Below are positions 41,431 to 53,400 of a stretch of 64,000 nt of DNA, piece by piece. The DNA lies in the NCBI RefSeq assembly GCF_009834535.1, contig NC_045697.1, forward strand, positions 2,110,001 to 2,174,000. Reading direction: 5' to 3'. The translations under genes were made by a program, and so were the position numbers. Each line of letters starts with the position of its first letter. Positions within the stretch are counted from its first letter, which is position 1. A model generated the notes under the pieces. It saw only the letters and a list, made by a program, of their open reading frames with translations, was not told the DNA's origin and searched no databases. This stretch comes from Camelus ferus. Its lineage: Eukaryota.

Positions 41431-44400
41431 GTCGGGGCGCGCGGCGGGCGCGGGGCGGGCGCGGGGCGCGGGCGGCCGCTCACGCTCCCTCTGTCCCCGC
41501 AGTGGAAGAGTAGGTGGCTGGTGCTGCGCAAGCCGTCGCCTGTGGCAGGTGAGAGGGCGCGGGGCGCGGCGCGGACGCGGCGCATGGGGTACGGGGCGCG
41601 GGCGCCGGTGGCTTCCTGCGCCCAGCCCGCCCGGAGCGCGGCCAGCTCGCCCGAAATAGCCGGCGGCGCCGGGGCTGAGGGCTGTAACCGGAGAGCGCTC
41701 CGGCCTCGGCCTGTGCCTGCCCGGGACGCCGGGAGGTAGGACCCTCCTGCACCCTCATCGGCCAGGGAGCGGTCATTTCGGACCCGCATCCCCAGGCAGG
41801 GACCCCCTTTGCAGAAGGGCAGACTCAGGCCGGAAGGGGCTTGGAGGGGCCTGTGGAGGCCGGAGGGCCAAAAGAGCAGAAGACCGTTCTGGCCCCCTCC
41901 CCCATCACGCAGCAGGGAGCACCGTAGAAAGTTGGGGCTCCCTGCGCTTGCAAGGACTGAGCTGTGTCATTAAATCCAAGTCAGGATGGGTGTTCCAGGC
42001 GGTGTGGATCCCAGATGGAGCTAAGGCTGGGTGGCCAGGTAGGAACAGAGTGTTGCTCCTGTGCTTAAGAAAAGTGAACTCCATTTCATGTCGGGGGGAC
42101 GGGTCCTGGGAGGAGAGGATGGCCCCAGCCCACTTCCCTGACCAGAGCCAGTGCCCCCAGCTGGGAGGAGGCGGCAGGGAGCCCGGTGCTCGGCATCTGT
42201 AGCCGCAGTGAGCGGTTCGGGTGCAGCCGGGAGGCTCTGGGCTGCGTGGCTGCAGCTGCTTCAGGAGACAGGTGCCCTGGAGCCGGCCCAGGCACCCAGG
42301 GGTCTGTGTGGGACGCTGGGGGTGTGAGTGCACGCTGCCTCACATGTGCGGGCTGCTAGAGAGTCCTCCAGGGCGCCCGGGATGTATGTCATTTCCCAGG
42401 GAGGCTGTTGTGGGGGCCCCCTGCCTGTGCCCCTCAGGGCTCCCCTCCTCCATCCCTTCTGCTGAGCTGCCACCTTGAGGTGGCAATACAAGGGCCTGCT
42501 TTGGGCCTCAGACACACTCACCTCCTGCCTTGGCCTCAGCTTCCCCTCCAGGGTGGCCTGGGCTCCATGCACCCTTCATTCAGCTGGTCAGTCTTTCACG
42601 CCCAGACTCCGTGCCAGGTGCCATGGGGTCCTAGTCCTGGGGAGCTCCAGGGAGGCCTGGTAGGGGAGCAGCAGGGGCTGTGGGGACAGAGGGGGCCGTG
42701 TCAGGCAGGGAGTGGAGGCGCTGGCCAGGCTGAGGGTGGAGATGGAGGTGTGGAGAAGGCCCATGCTGATCCAAGAGGCTGTGGCCAGCTGCTGCTGGAA
42801 ACGAGGCATGGCTGCTGGCTGGGGGTTGCTTGGTGGGGTGGTGGTGAGGCGGAGCCTGTGCAGGCCTCTGAGACAGGTGCCCCACCGGAAGACCAGCCCC
42901 AGGGTGTCCTTTGTCTCTCTTGGTGGGACTGAGTAGTGATTTGCAGCCCCCGGTGGTGGATTTCATGCCAGTATCCGGAAGAGCTAGTTGAGAGGCAAGC
43001 TCTGTCCAGCCCTGTAGGACACCTGTGGGGGTGGGGGGCCTCCTGCACTGCGGGAGTTTGCAGTGGGTCATCAGTGCCTTAGCTCTGAGTCTGTCAGTGG
43101 ACTTAGCGGTCAGCAAGCCTTTGCTGGGTCTTCCCACACTGTCTAGCCCCAGAGCGCCACGGGATCCCAGGGAAAGACAAGTCTCCTCTCCAAGGGCTGG
43201 GTTTGAGGGGAAGCAGAGGGGGAGGGCACTCCAGGCAGGATCTTGCCCCGGGGCTGGGACGGAGGGGATTGGGGTAGTGGAAGGTACACGTGGTTCCTCT
43301 GGGTGGACGTCTGCTCTGAGCCTTGCATCTAACGTCCTTGTCCCCAGCGTCTCCGGTCACCGACTGCCGGTGATGGTGATCTTAGCAGCACCTCCTTCGT
43401 CCTCACGCTGCGCGAGGACTGTGGTCATGCGGTCATCGTCTTCCAGGTGCTTGGCTGGAGGGAGCTCCAAAGTCTCACGCCCTACTCTCACCAGCCCTCC
43501 CTCGCCCTCAAGCCCTGTGCTGGCGGCTGTGGTCCTGGGGGTGGTCAGCCCCTCCCCCCGCCAGGAGTCCTGACACCCCTCGCTCTCCCCTCCCTGGCCC
43601 TTAGCTGATGAGCCGCCCCACCCGGAGCGCATCGGGGGGGGGGCTGGCTATGAGGGGCGCGGCAACTTGTCCTGAAGACCGGCTCTCTTGGGTAGACTTG
43701 GGTTGAGGGGGCAAGTCCTCGTACCTGGGGGCCTCGCAGCTAAGACCCCGGGTCCTGGGTGCAGCACAGAAGGGGCCTGTGGAGGAGAAAGGAGAGGCAC
43801 TCTGCCTTCTTGTCAGGAAGAATCCAGGACTTTGTTTTTAAAAATTGCTTCCACCCCAGGAGTGCCCACAAGGGGCAGCTCTGAGGGTTGCCCGAGGCTG
43901 CGGGGGTGGGGGGTGGGGGGCACGGAGGGGCCCTTGGCTTTCAGGGTTTTTTCTTGTTTGCACTTTTCTTGACCAGAACCACTTACTCTTCTTATAACAA
44001 AGTTTAGTGAAAGGAAAGGAAACTCCTCCTTCATGAAAATGAGTGACTGTCTTTATAAAAGGCAGTAACGCTTCAGTGCAGTTGTGCCCCTGGTGGAGGT
44101 GGAGTCTCCACCTCTGTCCTGGCCCAGGAATTCTTGTCTGGGTCCCTTCTCTGGGCCAGGCCCCCTGGGAGGAGGGAGGCCTGAGCCCACCCCTGGGGAC
44201 CCAGGGCGGCCTCGCTCTTCCTCCCCAAGTTGAGGCTAAGGTTTAGTGGGAAGAGGCATCACGCACAGCTGGCCCATGGAGGGGGCGGCCCACAGAGGAG
44301 GCACCTAGAGGGTCCCGGGTGGCAGCCAGGGTGGCTCCTGGCACACTGAGCTCCAAGGACCCTGCCTCACCACTTCCCTTGTGGACCACCAGGGCTTGAT

Positions 44401-47400
44401 TCAGCCTAGAAAAGCCACCAGGAGGGACCCTGAGCCCTGGAGCTGGCAGAACCTTTGGGTCATTCTAGGCAGAGGGGCTGAGACTTGGAGACCCAAGGAG
44501 CCTGGCCCAAGAATGGTTAGGTGTTGCCTCCTGCCCTCAGCCTGCACTGCTCCTTGGCTACCTGGAAGGTCAACACCTGACCCCACCACTGATGGTGAGG
44601 TGTTAATTCAGGTCCCCCCGCCCCCATCCCTGCTCTCAGACCTGGTGCTGAGTTCCTGGAGGGCAGGGTCCTCGACTCAGTGTCACCGTCACAGGCAGGA
44701 TGGCAGGGGCTGGGATTGCCAGATGAGGTGCTGTGGACCCAGCCACTCTGGGCATCACCCGGGCCGTGCAAGCTTGCAGGGGCCTTGGGGCGCGTGCCCT
44801 ATAAGCCACACCAGCTGTCCCACTGGCCTGTGCTGGCCCCTTTCCCACACAGTGGCAGCTCTGCTAAGGTGGGCACATTCCAACGGGGACAGGGGTCCCA
44901 GCGGGTGGTGATGGGGAGGGTCCCTTCTCCGGTCCCACCTCCTGGCTTGGGATCATCTGTGTCCCGTGGGAATGGGCATGACATCTCAGTCCTGGCTGAG
45001 CAGGAAGCCCAAGGACAGGGTATGGGTGGTGGCCAGCCCTCCTGGCCTTATGGGGACCTCACAAAAGGGCCAGGGCCTCCTACAGCCCCTGGTTCCAGGC
45101 TGGGAATCAGAACGCCTGGGCTGAGCTCTTGCCTCTGCTTGTACTGGTTGTGTGGCCTGCATGGGTCCTCACTGGGCCCTGGAGATGGTCCCTGTGGAGG
45201 GTGGGTGGACGGACGGTGGGCGGGTGGCGGGCGGGAGGGGCCCACCCTCACCTGCCGGGTGCGTAGTAGCCCGGGACACTGTCTGCAGCGCTGATGCCCA
45301 TGCCCTGGGGCAGCCCGCCCCTGCTTCCTCCCTGAATTGTATCCTAAACGGGCCTGGGCCTCTAGGTCAGAAGGGTCCCTCCTGACTTTGGCCTGAGGCA
45401 CCAGCAGGTCTGCCGGTCAGCAGCCCCCACCCCAGTGCCCAGGGCTACCCCCCAGGCTGCTGCCCCACTGCAGGGTCCCCTCAGGCTCCTGCCCTGCTGC
45501 TTTGCTGCTCTGCTGAAGGCACCACCTCAAGGTCACTGTGACCTCTGAGGGCTAAATCCAGCAACCGCTCCTCTGGCTGCGTCCCGTGGGTGGGCATTAA
45601 CCTCCATCTCCTCTCCCAGCTCCCTATCCTCTCTGCCGGCCCCCTGCCTCCTACAAGGCCCAGAGATTTCCTTTCCTCAGCCGCCTTCCCCAGGCTTTCA
45701 GCCCCGGGCTGTAAACGCCTCTGAGTGCCCATGACTCCACAGTTATTTTTACATCTTCAGACGCGTGTGTCCAGCTGCCGGCGTGCACGCCGCCTGGTGT
45801 CCGAAGGGCCTCTTGGCTTATGTGTCCAGGACAGAACCCCAACCCCCACCCCCACATCCTCTCCCCACCCCCGCATCCCCTCCCCAGGCATCCCCCCCAA
45901 TCCAGCATCATCCTCTTTCTTTCTCTCCCCCATTCATCTGCCTGCCAAGAGGTCCTGGGAGTTAGCGCTGCCCCTGGCAGAGGGAAGGCCCCTCGGGGCT
46001 GTCACCATGGTTCCAGAAGAGCCTCGCCTTGGGCCCCCTTTCCTCTGCCCAGCCTTGGCCGACAGCGCCTCTCGCCTGGACAGCTGCAGGAGCCTGGAGC
46101 TTTGCTGTCACCCCGTGTTGGTTCTCCTCACGCAGCCAGGCTGGGTCCTCTGTTGCTTGCAGCTCCCAGGGCCCCCTGGTGGGCTGGGACGAGGCTCGCG
46201 GCCTGGCTTGGCAGGCTCACCTGGCTGGACCCGCCCACACCTTGGACAGCTCTTCCCCTCCCCCTCCTGCTGGCCCTGCCCACCGGGTCCCTGGCCTGGG
46301 CTTTTGCACTGTTGTTCCCTCTAGCATGATGCTGTTTCCTGCGGTGCTGGCCCTGACATCACTCGGGAGTCCACTGTCCCCGCTGGCAGAGTCTCTGACC
46401 CCTGTGCTCAGGGCCCCCAGCAGCCATTTTCATCGAAGTCCTGTTCTGGTCCCCTGAATGGCACTTGCTCATAGTTTTCTTCTTTATCAACATTTTTCGG
46501 AGTTTGGCTGTTTCACCTCCTCGGTGTCAGCGCCACAGGAGATGGGCTCTGTCTCCTGGGTCCCCGGGCTGCTCGTGAGCAGAATGAACTGGGCTGAGGG
46601 CTGTAGGGGAGGCTGGCAGGAGATGGAGGTGGGCTCCGAGGGGCCCCAGTGGGGGTCTTCCAGTGGCCCTTTCAATGAGCAGGACCCTGTGTGGGATGAC
46701 GGGGCGCCAGAGAGTTTGCCTTGTCCTGCACCTAAGCACCCACGCTCAATGTGGGCGGGCAGATGTCACTGGGGGGGGGGGCAACCCCCAGGCGGGTTTG
46801 CGTGGCCCAAAGTGTGCCCTCCCTGGTGTTTATGGTGATGGGGACTGTCCCAGGCCCCAGGCCGAGGTCCCTGCTCCTCCCACTCTGCACGTGGGTGTGT
46901 GGTGTCTCCGAGGGCCTCTGCGTGCCAGGCTGGGGCAGTGTTAGCGCCTCCACTCCGTGGGGTGGGTGGCGTCCATTTCTCAGACGGAGAGTGGAGGCTC
47001 CAAGATCTGAGGGACGGGTCCCCAGTCCCAGACGAGGGTTCAGGCCGTGGCACCTGCGCACAGGGATGCAGAGCGTGTATGAGTGTATGTGCAAGGGCAT
47101 ATGTGTGTGCACATACACGCGTGAACAAGCGTGTGGATGTTTGTGTGAGCATACGTGAGTGTGTGTTGGTGTGCGTGCCTGTGCGGGCCCCCTTGGTCCT
47201 CACTTCCTGGGTTCACATCTTTAGCACTTCTGTCATCACGCCATCTGTGCCTCCTCTCACCATGACGGCCCGGTCCCCTCCATCCTGGTGGCGAGCTGCC
47301 CTCGTGCAGGCCTCCCTCCAGGCCCTGTGGGCGGCTTCATCTCCTCATCTCCTGCCGCGGGAGTCAGGACGGCCCCGGGCCAGGCTGTGCCCCTTCAGCC

Positions 47401-50400
47401 CCACGCTTTGGCCGGGTGCTGGTGGGAGCCGGGGGTTTGGGGCCCACGTGGCCTGGTGTGGGGAGGAAGAAGCCATCCGAGTAGGGGGCCCAGGGTGCGG
47501 GGCGGGAAGGCCGCTGGTGCCTCCTCAGCCGCTGACCAGGCCTCACAGTGGTCGGTGCCCCGAGGATGCTCCCAGTGTGGTCCCTGGCTGAGCTGGCCAG
47601 CTACACAGGCGCTCACGTTCCTCTGGCTGGCGTGTCGGCAGGAAGGGCCGGTGGTGTCGCTGCTCCCTGGGAACGCTGGCACTGTCTCCCCAGGCCCTAC
47701 CCTGCTGTGTCTCAGGCCCCGGACAGAGAATTTCTGCTTCTCTCGTGCTTGTTACTGCAGCGGCTTGTGCCGAACAGTGTCCCCCACAGAACGGGTTTTA
47801 AAAATAGGATCAATTTGTGGCCCGAGGTGATGGGGAGGGGCAGCTGCCCGTCCCAGGGCCCCACTGGGTCCCACACTTGCCACGCCCCACCCAGCCCCCT
47901 CCCGTGAACTGGGTTCCACCTCAGCTAATGGAGCCCACAGCGGGGGCCGAGGGGCCCCGAGTCTGACGGTGGGCGTCAGCTGTGGCTCTGGGCGGTCCCA
48001 CCAAGCAGAAGGCGGGAGCACGTCCCGCAGCCTTGTCCCTCACCCTGTTCTGTTCATGTTTAAAAGTGAGATCAGTGACAGAGCTGTGGTGACAAATTAC
48101 CACCGACTGGGGGGCTTCAAGCAACGCAGACGCACTCGCTCACAGTCCTGGGGGCTGGAGGTCCCAAACCGCGGCGGCGGCAGCGCTGAGCTCCTCCCGC
48201 CTCTCACTCCAGCCTCCTCCGCTTGCGGCTCGTCTGCCTGCGCCTCGGCTTCCCTGGCCTCTCCTCTGTGTCTGTGTCGCTCACACGGACGCTCATCTCC
48301 AGGTTTAGGCCACGCGGATGATTGGGATGACCACTTTGAGCGCCTTAACGTGATCGCACCTGCAAAGACCCTTTCTCCAAATCAGGTCCTGTTTGCAGGT
48401 TCTGGGGGTCACCGCGGGTGGGCGAAGGTGTGCACTGATTCTCAGACCTCCTCCAGGAGTGGGACAGGAGCTGCATTTCGGATAGAGCCAGGACTCAGAA
48501 AGGCTGGGCGGGCCGGGAGCAGGGTCTCGGGGACAGATGCCGGCGTTTGCACCGAGTCTCACACAAACCAGCCTGCGGTGCAGGCGTCCGGGGCGGCGGG
48601 ACCCGCTTGGCAGCAGGAGGCGGCCGGAAGGTGTGAGGGGCTGTGGGGTGACGCAGGGACTCCCGCGGCAAACTTGACTCCAGACTGCGAGTTGGCGAAA
48701 CGGGGCCATGAACCAAATCCAGCCGGCTGCTCGTTTCTGAAATAAAGTTTTATTAGAACACAGCCCTTGGCTTACGTGTGGCCTGCAGCTGCTGTCGCAG
48801 AGAGTTCGCGGCCCAGGTCTCCGAAAATAGTGATTGTCAGACTCTTTACAGAAAGGTTTATTGACCTTGCTGTATTACTGGGAGCGTAACTCCTAGAACA
48901 AAGGAGGTGACAGTCTTGTTCTGCCTTGCTGGTCCGGCCACAACTAAAGCGAATGGCCTTTCATGTGACAAAAGGTCCTCACCGTCCTTGGTGCCAGGCG
49001 ATGGGGGCTGTCCTTGCTCCAGTAGAAGAGGGTCTGCCGTCCAGAGCTCCCCTTCCGGGGAGGGGTCGAGGGCAGACAGCAAACAGGAAAACCACATGAG
49101 CGAGGCCAGCTTCTTCGGAGAAGGGGTGGCGGGAGGCGGTCGGCAGGTCTGAGGGTAGAGCCTCCTGGGTGTGGGTGGCGGGGCCGTCCCCACGCCTGCG
49201 CTCCCTTCCGTGGCTGCCTTGGTGGCCTCTCTTTGAGCAGAGCTATACTGGGGGTCTTTCTGTGCCCACCCCCTTCCCAAGCTGTCGCCTCTTGGGCATC
49301 TGGTGACACACTGGGGGACACTTCCGTAACAACACATGCCTTCACGCGGCCCGTCTGACTTGCTTCTCTCCGGGTCAGGCCACAAATTCTAAAGGGAGCT
49401 GCGCTCGAGGGAGAACGTGCTTGGGCGGGCAGGGGGTTTCTCTGGGTTCTGTGTTGTGTTTTCCTTCAAAATGGGAACATCTTGGCTTTTTGCTGATATG
49501 AGAATTTCAAGCACTACAGACAAGGTCTCAAATAGGAAGCTCCCCCATCACAGTCCTGGATTAGTCAACACAGGTTTGTCAGGACACCGTCACCCATGCT
49601 GGTTCCCACTGTCTGCAGCTGCTCTCACGCCGGCGGCAGAGGCAGGGGTCCGGGCACACCGTCCACCCTCCGGCCTTCGCAGGGAGAGGCTGCGAACCCA
49701 GGCCTCCGTGTCGCTCAGGCCCCCTCTGGCTCTGAGGGGGGGCTGTGCCTGTGGTTTGTTGGGCCGGGCCGGGCAGGAAACACCACACGTGTGCTCCGTC
49801 TGGTGCCAACGTGAGTGTTGAGTCAAGTGCGTTTGGGATCTGGTGGTCGCTTGGGGTGGCGGGACCGCTCTCCAGAGGGTTCAGGTGGGAGCAGCCTGTG
49901 CTCCTTCCATGGCCGTGTTCTGCTGCCCCATCCTCTCCTGCCCCGGCTTCCACCCAGGGTTCGGGGTTGTGTCACACTTCAGTGTTTAGGTGTTCACATT
50001 GGGCCCCCAGACCCCACACCCTCATCACAGACTGGGAGCTGGGGCCGGGCGCAGGCACACTTAGGAGGGACGCGCGTCATCTGCTCTATTGCGGTTTGCC
50101 AGGGCCACACGGGTGAGCGGGGGGGGGGGGCAGTGCCACCTCTGGAACTGCATCCCTTCAAGTGCACTGCGTGTTGCCTCCCGGGTCCCAGGACAGCGAC
50201 TATGATCGCTGAGGGAGAAGGGGAATTTGAGGAGATAGACTTGGGCATGTCCCCCGCAGCCGGGAGTGAGACTGGGGCCTGCTGCACGGGTCTGGGGGTG
50301 GCTCGGGTAGTGTCTGGCAGTGGGACCCATGGCTCAGTGGCTTTCTTCCCTGCCCCTGGGCTGGGGTCCAAGTCACACCCTGGAAACCGAGAAACCCAGG

Positions 50401-53400
50401 AGGCAAAGCGGGTGCAGGTGTGGCGGGAAGCCGCAGTCGCGGGCTGAGGCAGGAGGCCTGAGCCCAGGCAGGCTGAGCTGCCCTGCAGCCCCAGAGCCTG
50501 GGGCAGGCGGGCGCACTGGCTGCGGCCAGGCGCAGGCGGGCAGGCCCAGCCGGGATGCGGTGCGGGCCTGTGACTGCCCGTGCAGCCTGTAGCCACGCAG
50601 GGTGGGAGGTGCTATTCGTGCGCAAAGGGGAGGGCACCCAGAGTGGCTGAGTGGCTGGCCTGGGGTCACGTCTCGGACCTGGACTCTCGGGCGTGGGGGA
50701 TGCTGGGGACTTGGGGGCGGAGGTGCCGTGGCCTGGCACCCCTGACAGCCCCTCTGGCGCCCTCTACAGATTGCCTGCTGATGCTGGCCTACAGGGACAA
50801 GTCGGAGCGAGCCAAGGGGCTCCGGGAACGGAGCAGCCTCACACTGGAGGACATCTGTGGCCTGGAGCCCGGCCTGCCCTACGAGGGCCTGGTCCACACG
50901 CTGGCCATCGTCTGCCTGTCACAGGCCGTCATGCTGGGCTTCGACAGCCGGGAGGCCATGTGTGCCTGGGACGCTCGGATCCGCTACGCGCTCGGTGAGG
51001 GTGAGTGACGTCGTCGCGGGGTCCAAGGGGACAGCCTCTGCCCCGATTGTCCCGTGGTTCACTGACCAACGGGCTGCAGAGGCTGGGACGTGACTCGGGG
51101 CGGCCCCGAGTCCCTGCTGACGCCCTCTGCCCGGCTTGTGCTCAGGGCTCAGTGTCCCGGCCTGGAGGGGCCCGGCTGTGGTTGAGGGGGAGGCCCTTTC
51201 AACTCCCTAACGTGACCCTGTTCATCAGAACTAGCGACTTTAAGGAAAGCAAGCAACTGTCTGAGTGGACTGACCTCGCAAACTGCTGCCCTTTGCTCCC
51301 TAACTTGGCGGCTGAGCCCAGAGCTGGGGTGAAGGGAGTAGCAGGGAGGCCAGGGGGCTGCGGGGGGTGCCTGTGCTCCTGGGAGGTCGTCCTGGAGGCG
51401 GACGGGGAGGACCCGGCCCACCTCTCAGCCCCGCAGGCTGTGTGAGCAGAGGTGGGTGGACCCCGAGCTGAGCCGCAAAGACCCATGATATTTTAACACA
51501 GTATTTAAAAAATTCAAAATTAAAGCCCAAAGCCTGTGATGAACAAAGTGTTCGAATTTAAAGTGAAGACAGGCTCTGAGCCACCTGGAACGTCCGCCTC
51601 CTCACCCACCCTAGTGCCACAACCTTGACTAGCCTGGTCTTTATTTAAACATTTGATGTTTCACTCACCATGGGCATTTTGCATTAAATTTTACTCTTCA
51701 AATAATCATTGAAATATCACTGAACTTGGCCATGGTTTTCTGCCCCAGGTGAGGGCCTGGCTCACTTCAGCTCAGCCCAGCCAGGGGTAGGGGGTGGGAG
51801 GCAGCAGCCCCTCCCTCCTCTGGGAGCCCCCAGGCCAGGAGCCTCATGCATGGGGCATGTGGATGGCTCAGTGAGGGGGTGCAGGGGCAGACAGGGAGAG
51901 CCGCGTCTTTCCAGAAAGCCCTCCGGTTGGGGTCCTGCCAGTTCAGCCTGGCTCCGTGCACAGCTCCTTTTCTGCTGGGGGCAGTCAGAGACCCTGCACA
52001 GAGGCAGCTGGTGCCTTGTCTTGGCTCCTTGAGAGAAATCACCAGGACACTGTGATGGGGTCTCTGACACCTGGCCACCTTGGGCCAGACAGACTGGACG
52101 TCAGGACCCCCTTGAGGCCCCCACTGCAGGGACGCGGGTGGGGCTCCGGGGAGGAGGGGGCAGGGCTAGAGATGAGGCTGGTGGACACAGGCGGTGGGCA
52201 GCTAGGCCCCAGGTGCTCTTGGGCTCCTCCAGGGTGTGTCCCCTTCCGAGGTGGGGCGGTCTGGGGAGGGAAGAGCTCACGACTGTCCTCCTGAGGGGCT
52301 TCTAGGGCAAAGGAGGGACGTGGGTGGTGGAGGAGGCCTCGGGGAGCACGTCGTCATGTTCAGCTCCAGGGAGAACCCCTGACTGGAGAGGGAGGGGTCC
52401 ACGGTGTCCTGGGTGTCCGTGCAGCCAGGCTGGGCTGTGAGGCAGACCCTGGACTCTCCACAAACTGACCAGGGGCTGGGCTTCCCAGGCCTCCATTTCC
52501 CCATCTTTGAAATGGGACCAACCCACTGACCTTATAGGGGTTTCTCAGAGGACTCGCTGTGAACAGGAGCCCTGATGCAGCGGATTTATCTGCAGGCTCA
52601 TGGGAGCTTTTCCCAGAGTGCACCAAGGCCACATCAGCCTTGTTAGGATGAGGAGGGGTGGTCAGGGCGGTCCCCGTGGGACTGGGGGAGAGATGTGGCA
52701 CTGGAAGCAGATGTGGAGGGTAGGGGTGTGGGGTGGGGGCAGCCCCGCCCTCTGGAGCTGACACCCGGGTGCTGCTCCCCACCCAGCCGCCTCTGTCCCC
52801 AGTGATGCCCTCTTACCCCTGCCCGGCCCCCAGTACACAGATTCCACGTGACGGTGGCTCCAGGCACCAAGCTGGAGAGCGGCCCCGCCACCCTGCACCT
52901 CTGCAATGACATCCTCGTGGTGGCCAGGGATGTGCCCCCGGCTGTCGCGGGGCAGTGGAAGCTGTCAGACCTCCGGCGCTACGGGGCCGTGCCGAACGGA
53001 TTCATCTTTGAAGGCGGGACCAGGTGTGGGTACTGTAAGTACGTGGGCTGCGGGGACCTGGGGCCACGGGCAGCCCCAGACCTCTCGGCTTCCCTGGGTG
53101 GACTGTGGCTTGAAGCCGACCCACCCGCGCGCAGGCTGGCTGCTAGGAAACACGGCAGAGTTATGTCTCAAACACCCCGCTCTCAGTGCTGAGCCCAGCC
53201 CCTTGGGCCCTCGGGGCTGCCCCTGCTCTTCCCCGTCGGAGGGAGGGGCTTGGAGGTGGAGAGGAGGGGCACCTGGCATCCCCAGATCGCATGTTGTCGC
53301 TCACCGGCCTTTGTCCCAGGTCCCAGAGCATTAGAGCAGCTTAAGTTGGATTTAGTGGGGGGAAAAAAAAGGAATAGATGTGTTTATTAAGGATGTTTCG

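Larger units (their letters stand above)
41100..41740. promoter_or_regulatory. DOK7 CpG-island promoter with multiple GC boxes
   Basis: Very high CpG density; GGGGCGGGG/CCCCGCCC motifs at about 41180-41260, spanning exons 1-2. Confidence 0.85.
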
